IMG/VR virus record: IMGVR_UViG_3300031555_001562
Origin: a virus
Taxonomy: Duplodnaviria > Caudoviricetes
Reading direction: 5' to 3' (one strand)
Length of the DNA: 64,000 nt
Shown: in pieces, positions 1 through 11,048 of the stretch
Position numbering within the stretch: the stretch's first letter is position 1
Layout of the letters: every line of letters starts with the position of its first letter
Notes under the pieces: model-generated
The model's input: the letters and a program-made list of their open reading frames with translations, nothing else
Told to the model about the DNA's origin: nothing
Database searches by the model: none
Translations under genes and position numbers: made by a program

Positions 1-678
1 GCCGATTGCGCACAGAGTATCCATGTCGCAGTCCAGGCTGAACACATTTCTAATGAAGCCAATATAACTGTCGGCCTCATATACGCAACGCATGGCTACA
101 GGAACGCTATCCTGGCAAGTGCCGCTCCATGTGTAAGTGTCACGGATATCGTCAAGAGATCGCTCAGAGCTGAAGGTATACTCACTTCTCGGATACATGG
201 TATTGACGAATGCAAGCATATTATCCTTGTTCCATCCATGCTTTACCATGAATGCGCAGACTGCGGTGACTACGGCTCCTTTGATTCCCTCTGGATCATT
301 GTGGCTACAAGCTGCGGACATCTTTGCATATAGCTTAACATCTTCGATGTTGTCAAAATGATCTGCAACATATGACACTCTCATTGCGGAGCCATTGCCA
401 AAACTGCCATAAGGCTGAGGATCTTCGTCGAAAATCCATCCATAGAACAGTCCACCATATCCTGCATCTGGGTATTCTCTTCCGAATTTCTGATACATTT
501 CAGTAAATGACTTACCATCAATGAGTGCAGCTTTGGTTGCGATTGTCATTACGGTATCATCTGTGTATCTCGAATGTTCGGTGAACAGCTCCATAGTAGC
601 TGGATCACGATCAGGAGACATGCCAAATTCATATTGGGATCCGGCAATATCGCCTAGGATTGCACCGATGATAGACAT
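1..678 (-). CDS. ADP-ribosylglycohydrolase (ARH/DraG family), 3' end runs off the window
   Basis: Manual translation from ATG at 678: MSIIGAILGDIAGSQYEF...YTDDTVMT...SFGNGSAMR...SHNDPEG...DCDMDT. The GD, TDDT, GNGSAMR, SH and DxDT motifs match the ARH family. Not in the ORF track because it is open at the edge. Confidence 0.9.
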   Translation of the reverse strand, partial: MSIIGAILGDIAGSQYEFGMSPDRDPATMELFTEHSRYTDDTVMTIATKAALIDGKSFTEMYQKFGREYPDAGYGGLFYGWIFDEDPQPYGSFGNGSAMRVSYVADHFDNIEDVKLYAKMSAACSHNDPEGIKGAVVTAVCAFMVKHGWNKDNMLAFVNTMYPRSEYTFSSERSLDDIRDTYTWSGTCQDSVPVAMRCVYEADSYIGFIRNVFSLDCDMDTLCAIG

Positions 679-1593
679 TACTCTTCACCGACCTTTGCCA
701 GCATGGTCTGAAAATACTTGAGACCAGCCCGGTAGAAGGCACGCTGATTATTCATATCTTCTTCAGTGATATCGGACAGCTGCCCAAGCTGTGCTTTGAA
801 TAGCTGATCTTGTCTACGCAGCTGAATCGTGTTCTGAATCAAGCGAATAACCTGAGTTAAAATCAGAACAGTGATACAAATAGCCAAATATGTATCCATG
901 TTTATCCTCCAATTGCTTCTCTGACCTGTCGATCAGAATAGTTTCTCATAGCAAGTGCCATATGGCATTTCACATAATCCATGACGAATACCAAGTGATA
1001 ATAGTCTGGACATCTACTATCCTTTTCACCACTATGGTATAATTCCATGCACTTAGAAAATGACTCACATTTGGCACATCTTCCTTCATTCATCATAGCG
1101 CTTACTTTTGTTTATGAGGTCTCGCTTTTTTGGAATGCGAGTCTTTCCCTCTTCTCGATTTGCCTTACACTGATTGCAGTTTCTTCTGCTTTTACAGAAC
1201 CAGCACCCATCTCTATCGAGATAAATCCAATGCGGCATAGCTGGGCGTGGTTTACGTTTTCCTTTGCTCAATTGGCGCTCTCCAACCTTCGAAAGTTTCG
1301 ATGTTTACATTTCAATAAAACACCGTTTTTATAACCATTCAGGCTTTTGGAATCGCTCTGTGTATCGAATTTCCGATCTTTCCTCGGAATCAATGTCATA
1401 AGCATCGTTCCAGTACTTGAATAGGTCTTCGCCCTTGGGCAAGTAGCATACGATGATAGCATAACTGTCGTCCATTGCATATCCGGTACACCACCAGGGC
1501 ATCTGAATCGACTTCATATCGATCAATGGTCTGCAATCATCGACTGCTTTTGTTTTGAATCTATACCAGATCAAATCCATCTGTTTACCTCAT

Positions 1594-2262
1594 TTATGAC
1601 ATTTTGCACTTTACGTGGAACTCAAATGCCTGATCTGGTTCTGACAAAACAACATGACATGTTTCTCCACGGTAGATCTGGCCTTTTGTATGATCGCAAT
1701 CAAATCCACCATATTCCTCTTCGCAGATAGAGCAATAGGATTTACGCATTGAAAGGCCAACATGTACTTCTGTCTTAATGCCGAATGAAACCAGTTTCAA
1801 AACCTCTTCTGTTACGCTATTGCGATAGACAAAGATGTATGCCCTCACTTTTGCTACACCGTCTTTGATAACAGTCTCTGCATCAAAAATGGCTGCATTC
1901 GTCCCGGTACACAACTCTTTATTGCCGACAATGCCCTTAACTCCGATGAACTTTTCTGCGATTTCCGGCAGACTATCTCTGTCAAATCGCTCAAAATCAG
2001 AGTCAACCTGATCGTTGCACAGTTCGGCTTGCAGCACAAACACATCTGACGGTTTTGCGTTGCTGCCTAGACTTGCCATCTTTTTAATCATTTCCCACTG
2101 CGCAGGAGTAGGATTATAGTCAAGCGTCTTCATACCGGAAGCAGATCCGATCTTTACAGCTTCTCCGTTTCGTTTATCCTTTAGCAGAATATTGCCATTG
2201 AACACAGAAACCTCAAGATCGCCCTTATTGATTAGAGTTTTTACCTCAATAATGTCGATCAT
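1594..2262 (-). CDS. Phage prohead-protease-like protein, catalytic residues apparently degenerate
   Basis: C-terminal LCNDQVDSDFERF...GIKTEVHVG...CSIC...CDHTKGQIY...AFEF resembles clostridial phage head-maturation proteases (family recalled from memory). Confidence 0.5.
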   Translation of the reverse strand: MIDIIEVKTLINKGDLEVSVFNGNILLKDKRNGEAVKIGSASGMKTLDYNPTPAQWEMIKKMASLGSNAKPSDVFVLQAELCNDQVDSDFERFDRDSLPEIAEKFIGVKGIVGNKELCTGTNAAIFDAETVIKDGVAKVRAYIFVYRNSVTEEVLKLVSFGIKTEVHVGLSMRKSYCSICEEEYGGFDCDHTKGQIYRGETCHVVLSEPDQAFEFHVKCKMS

Positions 2263-2657
2263 TTCGATTCCTCCTGTTTGATAGGCGGCTCAGGCATTGG
2301 TTTCCAATGTGTGACACAGCAACTACCGATCTTTGACCAGTACCAGCCGTAGTCATCGCCGCCGTATTTTCGCTGTCTAAACTGAGAAACCAGCTTACCA
2401 TTCTTATATGGTGGGTGCGCCACAATGCAATTAATTACTTTCTTGCCCTTGTTTTCAGGCATGTCCTCCGGTAACATCTCAGATATCGGAATCCACCGCT
2501 CAATGGTTACGCCTTTTGAAATAAGGTGGTCGGCAACTTCTTCATTCCACACTTCATCGTCAAGCCGTATCCCATGTCGCTCATGCTCTGTATATCCAGC
2601 GCCGTGTCTTTGAACATCGTTCAAAATTTCAATTAGTTGTTCTCTTATTTTATCCAT
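2259..2657 (-). CDS. DUF551-like phage protein
   Basis: WIPISEMLPE...VTHWKPMPEPP signature. Confidence 0.7.
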   Translation of the reverse strand: MDKIREQLIEILNDVQRHGAGYTEHERHGIRLDDEVWNEEVADHLISKGVTIERWIPISEMLPEDMPENKGKKVINCIVAHPPYKNGKLVSQFRQRKYGGDDYGWYWSKIGSCCVTHWKPMPEPPIKQEESK

Positions 2658-3220
2658 TGTTCCTCGGATGGTTTTTCAAGAGGACGATAGTATGTACCAA
2701 CAGTACCATCCCATGCAGACCATATTACTTCCATTGTTGGGCTACCGGATTTCTGACCATACAGAAAATCAGGTCTCCATGTAAGCGGTAACACATAGGA
2801 CGGTGCATCATTTCGGAACATATTGATTCTGGATTTTGCATGCCAGAATTGGGATTTCAGCAGGAATGCGCAATTTGTGTTGAGATCACGTGCATGCTGA
2901 ATAAACTCCGCCGCCTTTGAAAACGGAGGATTAGTAATGATCCAGTCACAATCTCTTTGAGATTCAAGAAAATCTACACCAGATTCACCATAACCAAAGT
3001 CATTGAGATCTGTACAGATTACTTCATAACCTCGTCTCTTCAGCACTTCTGCAAGCTTGCCAGCTCCGCATGCAGGTTCCCATACCTTTGCTCCCGGATG
3101 TAGTGAACCATTCGCCTCTAGAAAATCAATTAATGCTACAGTCGCCAGGGGGGGTGTCTCATAGAAATCCACCTGGTTACGATCCTTGGCTGATCTGTTA
3201 GCCAAAATATTGCCGTTCAT
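2645..3220 (-). CDS. DNA amino-methyltransferase (N6-adenine/N4-cytosine type)
   Basis: DFYETP, SAM-binding WEPACGAG and catalytic ITNPPF motifs; start taken at MNGNIL. Confidence 0.85.
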   Translation of the reverse strand: MNGNILANRSAKDRNQVDFYETPPLATVALIDFLEANGSLHPGAKVWEPACGAGKLAEVLKRRGYEVICTDLNDFGYGESGVDFLESQRDCDWIITNPPFSKAAEFIQHARDLNTNCAFLLKSQFWHAKSRINMFRNDAPSYVLPLTWRPDFLYGQKSGSPTMEVIWSAWDGTVGTYYRPLEKPSEEQWIK

Positions 3221-3963
3221 CTTCTTTTGTCCTCTAACCATTTGTTATCGATGTAGTAGAATCCAGCCACCAAGCAGCCGGTAAAGAACACCCAGAACAC
3301 CCAGAAGATAGCGACAGAACCATCGGTCAATTTAGACTCAAGTGTTTCTGCAATCGTCATATAATCATACATGTTTGTCGCAGTAATAGTATTGTCTCCT
3401 AGCTTCGTATAAATCGTGCCAACGCTATAGGTTGGCGCTCCGTTATACACATATCTGACCTTACTGGATTCTTTGATTGTCGCAATATGGCTCTTATACG
3501 GAAAATCGATCATGCCATAGTCGAACTCAACGTCCAAGAAAGTAATTTTCTCAGAATGCTTCTTCCACGAATCGGCATAATCCCAAGAGTAATATACTTC
3601 CTCTTCTGTGTATGTTACGGTTTTACCGTCTACAGTTTTTGTCTTTGTAACAGTTCTGGTGTGCCTCGTATACTTTTCTTTGATTTTCTCGACATACGAA
3701 TACTCTCCGCCGATTTCATCAAATGTAACAGTATCGACTGCCTTCAACTCACCGTATACGAAAGCATTACCAACATTCGTTTTCATACCGTATTCAAACA
3801 GATCTTTGTCATTATCAATCTTGACTGCGGTATTAAACTCTTGTTGCCGTTCCATAACTGTATCATTGATCCCGTCTGCAATGATTACTCCAAACAGGAT
3901 CATGACACATACAATGACAATACTGACCAAAACTTCCCGTTTGGTGATTGTCATATCATACAT
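3217..3963 (-). CDS. Membrane protein with N- and C-terminal TM helices, adjacent to LemA
   Basis: Hydrophobic segments at both ends; directly downstream of lemA. Confidence 0.6.
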   Translation of the reverse strand: MYDMTITKREVLVSIVIVCVMILFGVIIADGINDTVMERQQEFNTAVKIDNDKDLFEYGMKTNVGNAFVYGELKAVDTVTFDEIGGEYSYVEKIKEKYTRHTRTVTKTKTVDGKTVTYTEEEVYYSWDYADSWKKHSEKITFLDVEFDYGMIDFPYKSHIATIKESSKVRYVYNGAPTYSVGTIYTKLGDNTITATNMYDYMTIAETLESKLTDGSVAIFWVFWVFFTGCLVAGFYYIDNKWLEDKRR

Positions 3964-3966
3964 CGC

Positions 3967-4524
3967 TTAGTCCTCGAAGAGATTCGTTGGAGCATCCTGA
4001 TATTCGTCACCAAATTCAAGATACTCAAAGTCCACAACTTCATAGCCCAGGCTCTCAAGGATGGCTGCATTAGGGAACTTTCTAACGTACTGCTTGTACT
4101 TTTTGACCCAAGTATTATAGTTTCCTCTGTGATCTGCGATCAGGTTCTCAGTGATTGCAAGCTCCTTCATGAGTTCCTTATAGTTCTCATCACTCTTCAG
4201 CTCAGGATAAGCTTCTGCAACCGCATTAATCATAGTCTGGATTTCGCCGGAAACAGCGTCGGAAGAACTGCCTCTGGCCTCAATGACTGCCATCAGAGTA
4301 TTGTACTCGTGTTCGTCATAAGCCTTCACGCAGTCAACCAGATTAGGAATAAGATCTGCTCTCCGCTTTTCCTGAACGCTAATATCAGACTTAGCCGTTC
4401 CGATCTGCTCTTCCAGAGAAATAGCCTTATTCTGTACCCCCTGAACGATAAAAGTCCAGAGCAGTGCAACTGCGAGAATGATTGCAACGACGATCAGGAT
4501 AAGCTTGATACTTACTTTGTTCAT
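3967..4524 (-). CDS. lemA: LemA family protein
   Basis: N-terminal TM helix, RRADLIPNLV, EAYPELKS and RKFP motifs. Confidence 0.9.
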   Translation of the reverse strand: MNKVSIKLILIVVAIILAVALLWTFIVQGVQNKAISLEEQIGTAKSDISVQEKRRADLIPNLVDCVKAYDEHEYNTLMAVIEARGSSSDAVSGEIQTMINAVAEAYPELKSDENYKELMKELAITENLIADHRGNYNTWVKKYKQYVRKFPNAAILESLGYEVVDFEYLEFGDEYQDAPTNLFED

Positions 4525-4911
4525 TTCATTCACTCTCCACAAATTTCAGATAGATTGGTTTTGGGTTCAACATTGCCCCTGTTTCAGTTTCATACTGAAT
4601 GATCTTTGGTGCGATTTCAGCGTCTAACTCTTTTCTGCTCATTCTCTGATCGACAATAATAACGTGCGATTCTTTGCCCTTGGGTCTGTCTGCAATGAAT
4701 TCAAACACGCTACCATTGTTGAAAAGGAACTTCAGACTTGTCTCTGCATTAACCCATTCCGCAAGAATAAGATAGCTTTGCAGTTCATCAATGGAATTGC
4801 GAACAGCTTCGCAGCTCTTTTTATCTTTGAGGTACACCGTGACGATGTACCCCGGAAGATTAATGCATCGCTTCAGAAAACGTGAAATCTTGCTGCTGGT
4901 TTCTTCGTTCA

Positions 4912-5535
4912 TCAGCACAGGCTGTCGAATGAGGCGACATCAACAACACCGCTGGCCTTGTAGTCAGAGGTGATCTTAGACATAGTGGAATACACGGAAC
5001 CGATGCCTCTGGAATTTGCGCTGTAGGACTTTGCATAATCCAGGTTGATGCCGATGCCACCGGCAACTTCCTCAACGTCGATATTTGCGCCCAGGAAGAT
5101 AAACTGCCAGCTGTACTTGTTGGTCTGATGCTCGATCATTTCCTTTACCTTGCGCTGGCTGTACTCTCGGCTGGCGTTCTCCATGCCATCAGTGGTAATG
5201 ACAAAAATGATCTTGGAAGGTCTTTCATCTTCAGCAGTGTTGCTCAGTCTATGACCAACATCATTGATGGTCTTGCCGATTGCGTCATACAGTGCGGTGC
5301 AACCACGAGGCCAATAGTCCTTGGTGGTCATGGGAGCAACATCATGAACGTTCACGCCATTGTGCAGGATCTCGTATTCATGGTCAAACAGAACAGTGGT
5401 CAGTTTGGTCTCGCCAGGATCCTTTTTCTGTTCCTCGATGAAGGCATTGTAACCGCCGATAGTATCGTTGGTCAGACCAGCCATAGAGCCGCTTCTGTCG
5501 AGAATGAAAATGACTTCGCTTAGATTGGGATTCAT
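4912..5535 (-). CDS. von Willebrand factor A domain protein
   Basis: MIDAS motif ILDRSGSM, TALYDAIG and TTDGMEN. Confidence 0.9.
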   Translation of the reverse strand: MNPNLSEVIFILDRSGSMAGLTNDTIGGYNAFIEEQKKDPGETKLTTVLFDHEYEILHNGVNVHDVAPMTTKDYWPRGCTALYDAIGKTINDVGHRLSNTAEDERPSKIIFVITTDGMENASREYSQRKVKEMIEHQTNKYSWQFIFLGANIDVEEVAGGIGINLDYAKSYSANSRGIGSVYSTMSKITSDYKASGVVDVASFDSLC

Positions 5536-5552
5536 TATCTTATTTCCTTTCT

Positions 5553-6860
5553 TCATATCTCACTTTGTTGGGTTGCTTTTATACTGTTTAATAAATGGGA
5601 GATTACAGATACCGTCCATCCATTTCCGAGCATCTTATATGCTTGTGTGTCTGAGACAGGGAACTCGTACCATTCAGGGACAGTCTGGAGGCGCATGCAC
5701 TCGCTGACAGTCAGCTTTCGGATGATATAGTGTCCATCTTCCAACTTAATGGGATACTGCTTATTATTAATGGTGATTTCACCATCTTTGACTTTGTAAA
5801 CGGAGTATGCCTTTCCGTCAGTATCGCATACCGAATCGGCTGGAACTCCGTCTGTAAATTCTACCGGGACAGCATAGAGACCAGTTTTAGCACCCATGCC
5901 ACCACCGTTGCCGCAAAGAGTGTCACGCTTTGCGGCAACGGAATAGATTCTGTATTGCTGCGAATCGTGCGCCTGATTTTTCGCCTTGTTAGGCCAAGTG
6001 CCTACTCGCACAGGTTCTGCAACTCCGCTTTGAGGGTAATGGCCTCCGCCATTCACAAAATTCGCAAATGCAGACTTATAATAATTTGCTTTGATCGCAA
6101 AACTCTTATCTCCGTCTACAACATTTACGGGAGCTGCCGCCATTGTTCTATTCGATCTCGCATGTCCCTTTTCCAGAAATGTTTCCGGTGATCCTGGCGT
6201 CTTCCAGTAATTTGCGTCCAAACAATAACTTTTGTCTTCAGCTGTATTACTGTAGCCGAATGCGCTGTCAAGCACATCTTGAAGTAGGATACCACGATCA
6301 TTTGGTAATTGAACATCTACTTTGCTATACGTTCCATCTTCGTTGCGCTTTCCAACCCAGTACAATCTCTGTCTGTGCTGTGCGGAAACCAAAGAGGAAT
6401 TTATACAAATAGGTTCGAAACCAAAGGTTTGATTAATACTCCCCCGGATAGCTCTGGACATAGATTTGTTATTTTCATAGATGAAGTACTTAGGCTGCGC
6501 TTCATCTAATGCCTTCACATAGCGGCAGAACAGTTCCCAGCCCATGCCACTTGCTTCGGTCTCTCTGTTGCTCTTCTGAGCAATAGACCAGTATGTACAA
6601 GGAGATCCGCCCATCAGAATATCGAATCCTTTATACTGTGCAAAGTCAGCTTCGAACACATCTCCCATATGCTCGATGAACGGGAAGTTGTGGGAAGTAG
6701 TCTGCACAGCATATTTATCGATCTCATATGCGACGTATCTGCCTACTTTGATCCCAGCCTCGATCAGTGCCAGCATTGCACAGGCCATACCGTCAAAGAG
6801 GCTGAGGATCTTTAAGCCGTCCGGAGTTAAAAGAACTTTTTTATTGCTGTTGCAATTCAT
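5553..6860 (-). CDS. DNA (cytosine-5)-methyltransferase
   Basis: LSLFDG (motif I), GGSPC (motif IV), YEN, QHRQRLYW, RKLTVSECMRLQ and LGNGW. Confidence 0.93.
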   Translation of the reverse strand: MNCNSNKKVLLTPDGLKILSLFDGMACAMLALIEAGIKVGRYVAYEIDKYAVQTTSHNFPFIEHMGDVFEADFAQYKGFDILMGGSPCTYWSIAQKSNRETEASGMGWELFCRYVKALDEAQPKYFIYENNKSMSRAIRGSINQTFGFEPICINSSLVSAQHRQRLYWVGKRNEDGTYSKVDVQLPNDRGILLQDVLDSAFGYSNTAEDKSYCLDANYWKTPGSPETFLEKGHARSNRTMAAAPVNVVDGDKSFAIKANYYKSAFANFVNGGGHYPQSGVAEPVRVGTWPNKAKNQAHDSQQYRIYSVAAKRDTLCGNGGGMGAKTGLYAVPVEFTDGVPADSVCDTDGKAYSVYKVKDGEITINNKQYPIKLEDGHYIIRKLTVSECMRLQTVPEWYEFPVSDTQAYKMLGNGWTVSVISHLLNSIKATQQSEI

Positions 6861-6880
6861 GTATCTCTTACTTCTCCTTA

Positions 6881-6925
6881 ATTATAGCACACATTAGCTG
6901 TTTTGTCAACAACTATTTTGTTGCG
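6881..6925 (-). promoter_or_regulatory. sigmaA-type promoter with upstream CGCAACAAA motif
   Basis: Minus strand TTGACA (6909-6904), 17-nt spacer, TATAAT (6886-6881); CGCAACAAA upstream of the -35. Confidence 0.8.
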
Positions 6926-8972
6926 ATTTCTTTTGGGTTAAACAAAGTGCAATAAAGTCACTCTCAGACAAGATCTGAGTGCCATACTTCATTGCTTTCT
7001 GATTCTTACTGCTGCCGGAGTCCTTATCATTGGTAATAAGGTAGCTCGTTTTAGCTGTCACGCTGGACACGATCTTGCCGCCATACTTCTCGATCTCCGC
7101 CACCAGCTCTCCACGGTTAGCGAATACTTCCAGCTTGCCAGTGATACAGAATGACTTACCACCGAAAATATTGTTCAGCACTGCGGATTCGTCATGCTCA
7201 ATGTTCAGGACATTGCACAAAGGCTTGATTTCATAAACATGATCCTGGATATACTTGTTGATTCCGGCGCTTGTAGTCTCACCAAAGTCCTCCAGACAAG
7301 TCCAGTCATAGTTGTTCATGCCATAGTAGATCAGCAGTTCCAGAAGATTCTCACCGTTGACAGCCTTTGACTCGCAGTGTCGTGCGATGGTTTTTGCGCT
7401 GGATTTACCGATGCCTGGAATGCCAATAGCGACAATGACATTTTCAAGCTTTCTGTTCTTGCTCTGCTCAATAGATTCAAGCAACTTTGCAACTCTGACC
7501 TTGCCGAAACCACTGGACTGCTCAAGGTTGTCCTTAAACAAACGAATATCATAGATATCCTTGAAGTCACGGATATAGCCAACAGTCACAAGATTGTCAA
7601 CAGTTTCGCTTGACAGGCCGACAATATCCATTCCAGTCTTGCCGCAGAAGTTGACTAACTTATCAACAATCCGTTCATGGCACTGATCGTTGGTGCAGTA
7701 TAGCATCTCTCGTCCATTGTCATTCTTGATCGTAACGGGAGAACCGCAACACGGACATGCGGTTGGAATGTCGTATGTATCACTCTTTGTCAGGTTTGCT
7801 GTGATCTGTGGAATGATCTGATTGGCTTTAATCAAGGTCACAGTGTCGCCAATACCAAGCTTCAGCTCACGGATGACGCTAACATTACTAAGAGTAGCAC
7901 GAGCTACAGTAGTACCGTCAATCTCAACGGGATCCAAGATAGCAACAGGGTTTACCAGTCCAGTTCTGCTAACAGACCATTCAATATCCAGCAGCGTAGT
8001 CTCATTCGGTTCCTGATAAAATTTGAACGCCAGTGAATGTTTTGGATGATGGCTCGTAGAACCAAGGCTCTGACCATAAGTTACATCATCAAAAGAACCA
8101 ACCAAACCGTCAATAGGCCAGCCAACAGTTGCGCAGTAATCCTTGATCGTGTCAAAGAATCCATAGCAGTTCATTGGGTCTTCAATGTGATATGGCACAA
8201 TAGTAAAGCCGAGCGCCCAGAGAAAATCAAAGCTTTGATGGAATGTGTATCCACTGTGGCGCAAACCGTCCTTGCCAATAGCTGAATGCAACTTCCAGGC
8301 AACAAATTTCACGTTTCTCTGTGCTGCAATCTCGCTGTTCAGCTGACGCATAGTGCCGCTTGCAAGATTTCTGGGATTTGCGTAAGAATGCTCACGCACA
8401 TAATCCTTGAACTCCTTACCCTCAAGACCTTTTTCCTTTGCTTCTCTTTCAGCCTTTTCGATCAGAGGCTTGTTGATAGCATCGAAAGTTTCGGAGTCAA
8501 TGATGCATTCACCGTCGATAATTAATTCACCGTCAAAAGGAATAACCTTCGGCAGATTGGAGATAACCAACGCATTGTGGGTGATATCTTCTCCAACGTC
8601 GCCGTTGCCACGGCTCTCTGCAAGAACCAGTCTACCATTCCGGTATGTAATGGAGCAAGTCAGACCGTCCATCTTCGCCATCAGAACAATCTTCTTACCA
8701 CCAAAATAGTTGATAAACTCGTCTGGATCTGTTGTCTTACCGAGTGATAGCAACTGATGGTTGTGTTTCACCTTTTTCAGCTTGCTAATGACTTCATAGC
8801 CAACAGTCTGCGTGGGAGAATTGGGGTAGATAATACCAGTCTGATCCTCCAGCAATCGCAGCCGGTCAAACAATGTGTCATATTCCTTGTCTGAAACAAG
8901 GCTCCTATTATCATTGTAATAGGCGTTTCTGTATCTGTTGAGTTCTTCAACAAGATTTTTCATCTCAAGCAT
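6906..8972 (-). CDS. ligA: NAD-dependent DNA ligase
   Basis: KMDG adenylation motif, SRGNG, NPRNLASG, AFKF, zinc finger CPCC...C...C, HhH repeats and C-terminal BRCT. Confidence 0.95.
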   Translation of the reverse strand: MLEMKNLVEELNRYRNAYYNDNRSLVSDKEYDTLFDRLRLLEDQTGIIYPNSPTQTVGYEVISKLKKVKHNHQLLSLGKTTDPDEFINYFGGKKIVLMAKMDGLTCSITYRNGRLVLAESRGNGDVGEDITHNALVISNLPKVIPFDGELIIDGECIIDSETFDAINKPLIEKAEREAKEKGLEGKEFKDYVREHSYANPRNLASGTMRQLNSEIAAQRNVKFVAWKLHSAIGKDGLRHSGYTFHQSFDFLWALGFTIVPYHIEDPMNCYGFFDTIKDYCATVGWPIDGLVGSFDDVTYGQSLGSTSHHPKHSLAFKFYQEPNETTLLDIEWSVSRTGLVNPVAILDPVEIDGTTVARATLSNVSVIRELKLGIGDTVTLIKANQIIPQITANLTKSDTYDIPTACPCCGSPVTIKNDNGREMLYCTNDQCHERIVDKLVNFCGKTGMDIVGLSSETVDNLVTVGYIRDFKDIYDIRLFKDNLEQSSGFGKVRVAKLLESIEQSKNRKLENVIVAIGIPGIGKSSAKTIARHCESKAVNGENLLELLIYYGMNNYDWTCLEDFGETTSAGINKYIQDHVYEIKPLCNVLNIEHDESAVLNNIFGGKSFCITGKLEVFANRGELVAEIEKYGGKIVSSVTAKTSYLITNDKDSGSSKNQKAMKYGTQILSESDFIALCLTQKKSQQNSC

Positions 8973-9549
8973 AAAGCAGTTCCTTGTATCCTTTATATCC
9001 TTCCAGAATATCTTTTGCAGTTCTGGGTGTATAACACATGTATGGCATCATGCAACCGACATTAATCATGTCGCACTGTTTACCGTACAGAGTAGTCATC
9101 TCATACTGCATGCGCTCCATCATGTTCCACTCGAAACTGACATGTACATGACCATAGAAATGAATCCAGCCATAGAAGTGGTCTCTGTAACAAGGAATCG
9201 GATAGTGGCACAAAACAATGTTATAGCCATCAATCTGAAGTTCCTTGTAATCGCAGACTTCGTTGAACAAGCTGCGGACACGCTTATCTCTCAGCAACTT
9301 ATGATCGTGGTTGCCAATGCAGAGGTTCTTCTTACCGTTCAAACGGCTGAAAATCTCAATCGTCTTTGTGGATCCATACCAACTGAAATCGCCCAGGATC
9401 CAAACTTCATCATCCTCACCGACAACTGAATTCCAGTTATTGATAAGTGCCTCGTCATGTTCTTCGATAGTTCTAAACGGACGATTATCAAATGTTAGAA
9501 TATTTCTGTGTCCAAAATGAGGATCGGAAATGAAAAATGTCTTTCTCAT
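8965..9549 (-). CDS. Calcineurin-like metallophosphoesterase
   Basis: SDPHFGH, LGDF, GNHD, CHYP and YGHVH motifs. Confidence 0.9.
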   Translation of the reverse strand: MRKTFFISDPHFGHRNILTFDNRPFRTIEEHDEALINNWNSVVGEDDEVWILGDFSWYGSTKTIEIFSRLNGKKNLCIGNHDHKLLRDKRVRSLFNEVCDYKELQIDGYNIVLCHYPIPCYRDHFYGWIHFYGHVHVSFEWNMMERMQYEMTTLYGKQCDMINVGCMMPYMCYTPRTAKDILEGYKGYKELLYA

Positions 9550-10379
9550 ATTTGATTCGTTTACCTTTTACTCATAATCCACCAGAGATCAGATTTGTGG
9601 AAATCTCTACCATACCAATAGATAAACGCATGACCATCTTTCTTGAAAGAAATATACAGCCGATCTGTCATATCCACGTCATATGTAAGAATCTCTTCCA
9701 TGTTCTCAATGGAGATCTTATCGACTTCTTCCTGGTTCATGCCCCATATACCTTTGGCAAACGGGTCAATCCAGTTATTAAATTCAATTCTTCTTGGTTC
9801 ATACTCTTCAACAAGCTTCTTCCAGACTTCTTTGAATTCAGGATCGTCCCATTCATCTCCGTCTTGATCCCACTCATCTGGTACATCCGGTTCATCATCA
9901 TAGAAATGAATAGAAAACTCTTCTGTTTTGTATTTTGCAAACAGCCAATCGATAAACCGCTGGCTAAGTGCAAATTTCTTGAATGTCAATCCATTTGTGC
10001 ATCCACTTTGAAGCTGCTTTTCAATCAGATCAACTCTAATGTTAATCAAGATCATCAACTTCTTTTGATAGGGATTGACCACAATTTGTGCAATACTTCG
10101 CACTCTTTGTGATACGTCTTTCACAGTTCGGACAATGCAAAATATTGTGCCACAGAATTTTCTTTTTCTGAACATCTCTTGATCTTTCTTCGGAAACCAG
10201 TCTTCTAGTTGGTCTAACTAGAATTCTACCATTGTCCCAGTCAAATCCGGAGAAAACAGATTCAATACCGGCGCTTGCATGTGCGCCGATACTCTTATCT
10301 GCCAAGACAATAACAACCTCATCATTTGCATGCCCAAGTTTACAAAGTGTATCTAATTTGTATTTCAGATCTTTGCACG

Positions 10380-10703
10380 TCATATAGATTGCTCCTTCAG
10401 AACATCTGTATATGTGGCGCATTTCACATCACAATGCAAATACTCGTTCAATGCTGCGCCAAGAATGCTCTCCACTTCGTCGATAAGCACAGTGTCATAC
10501 AGACGCATGCCTCTGCATTTCCAGTTCCGTAGCTCATAGAATGTTACAGGAGTTGGAATAGTGCATCCCATCTCTGCGGCTTTGTCTTTGATTGACTTTG
10601 CCATGCATTCATTCGCCGTTGCGATAGGATATCCGGTTGCTTCGCTTGCATATATCAGGCCAGTTGTTTTACCAGACTGACGTTTCTTAATCAGTAGCCG
10701 CAT
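10380..10703 (-). CDS. Small P-loop NTPase-like protein
   Basis: RQSGKTT (Walker A-like) and VLIDE (Walker B-like). Confidence 0.55.
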   Translation of the reverse strand: MRLLIKKRQSGKTTGLIYASEATGYPIATANECMAKSIKDKAAEMGCTIPTPVTFYELRNWKCRGMRLYDTVLIDEVESILGAALNEYLHCDVKCATYTDVLKEQSI

Positions 10704-11048
10704 CTTGTACCTCCTTACCGATCATATCGGACTTTGCAGATTCAATCATACGCCGAAGATTATCGATACGTCGCTGAACAAGATCGTTGTACATTTCGAC
10801 TGCCTCTTCATATGTATCCGCATACATTCTTGAATCTCTTCTGACGGAACCAGATCCACGCTTTACTTTTGTTCCTTTCTTATACGGAACAAAGTGTAAT
10901 GAATTATATCTCAATCCATTATTAACGATCTCGCCCAATACTGGTTCGCATTTCAGATCGTGCCGTTCGGTATCATCATTGATATCATAGGCCAATCCCC
11001 AAATTGGTTTGCCAATTGGAGCTTTACTTCTATCACCGTAGTAGTATT

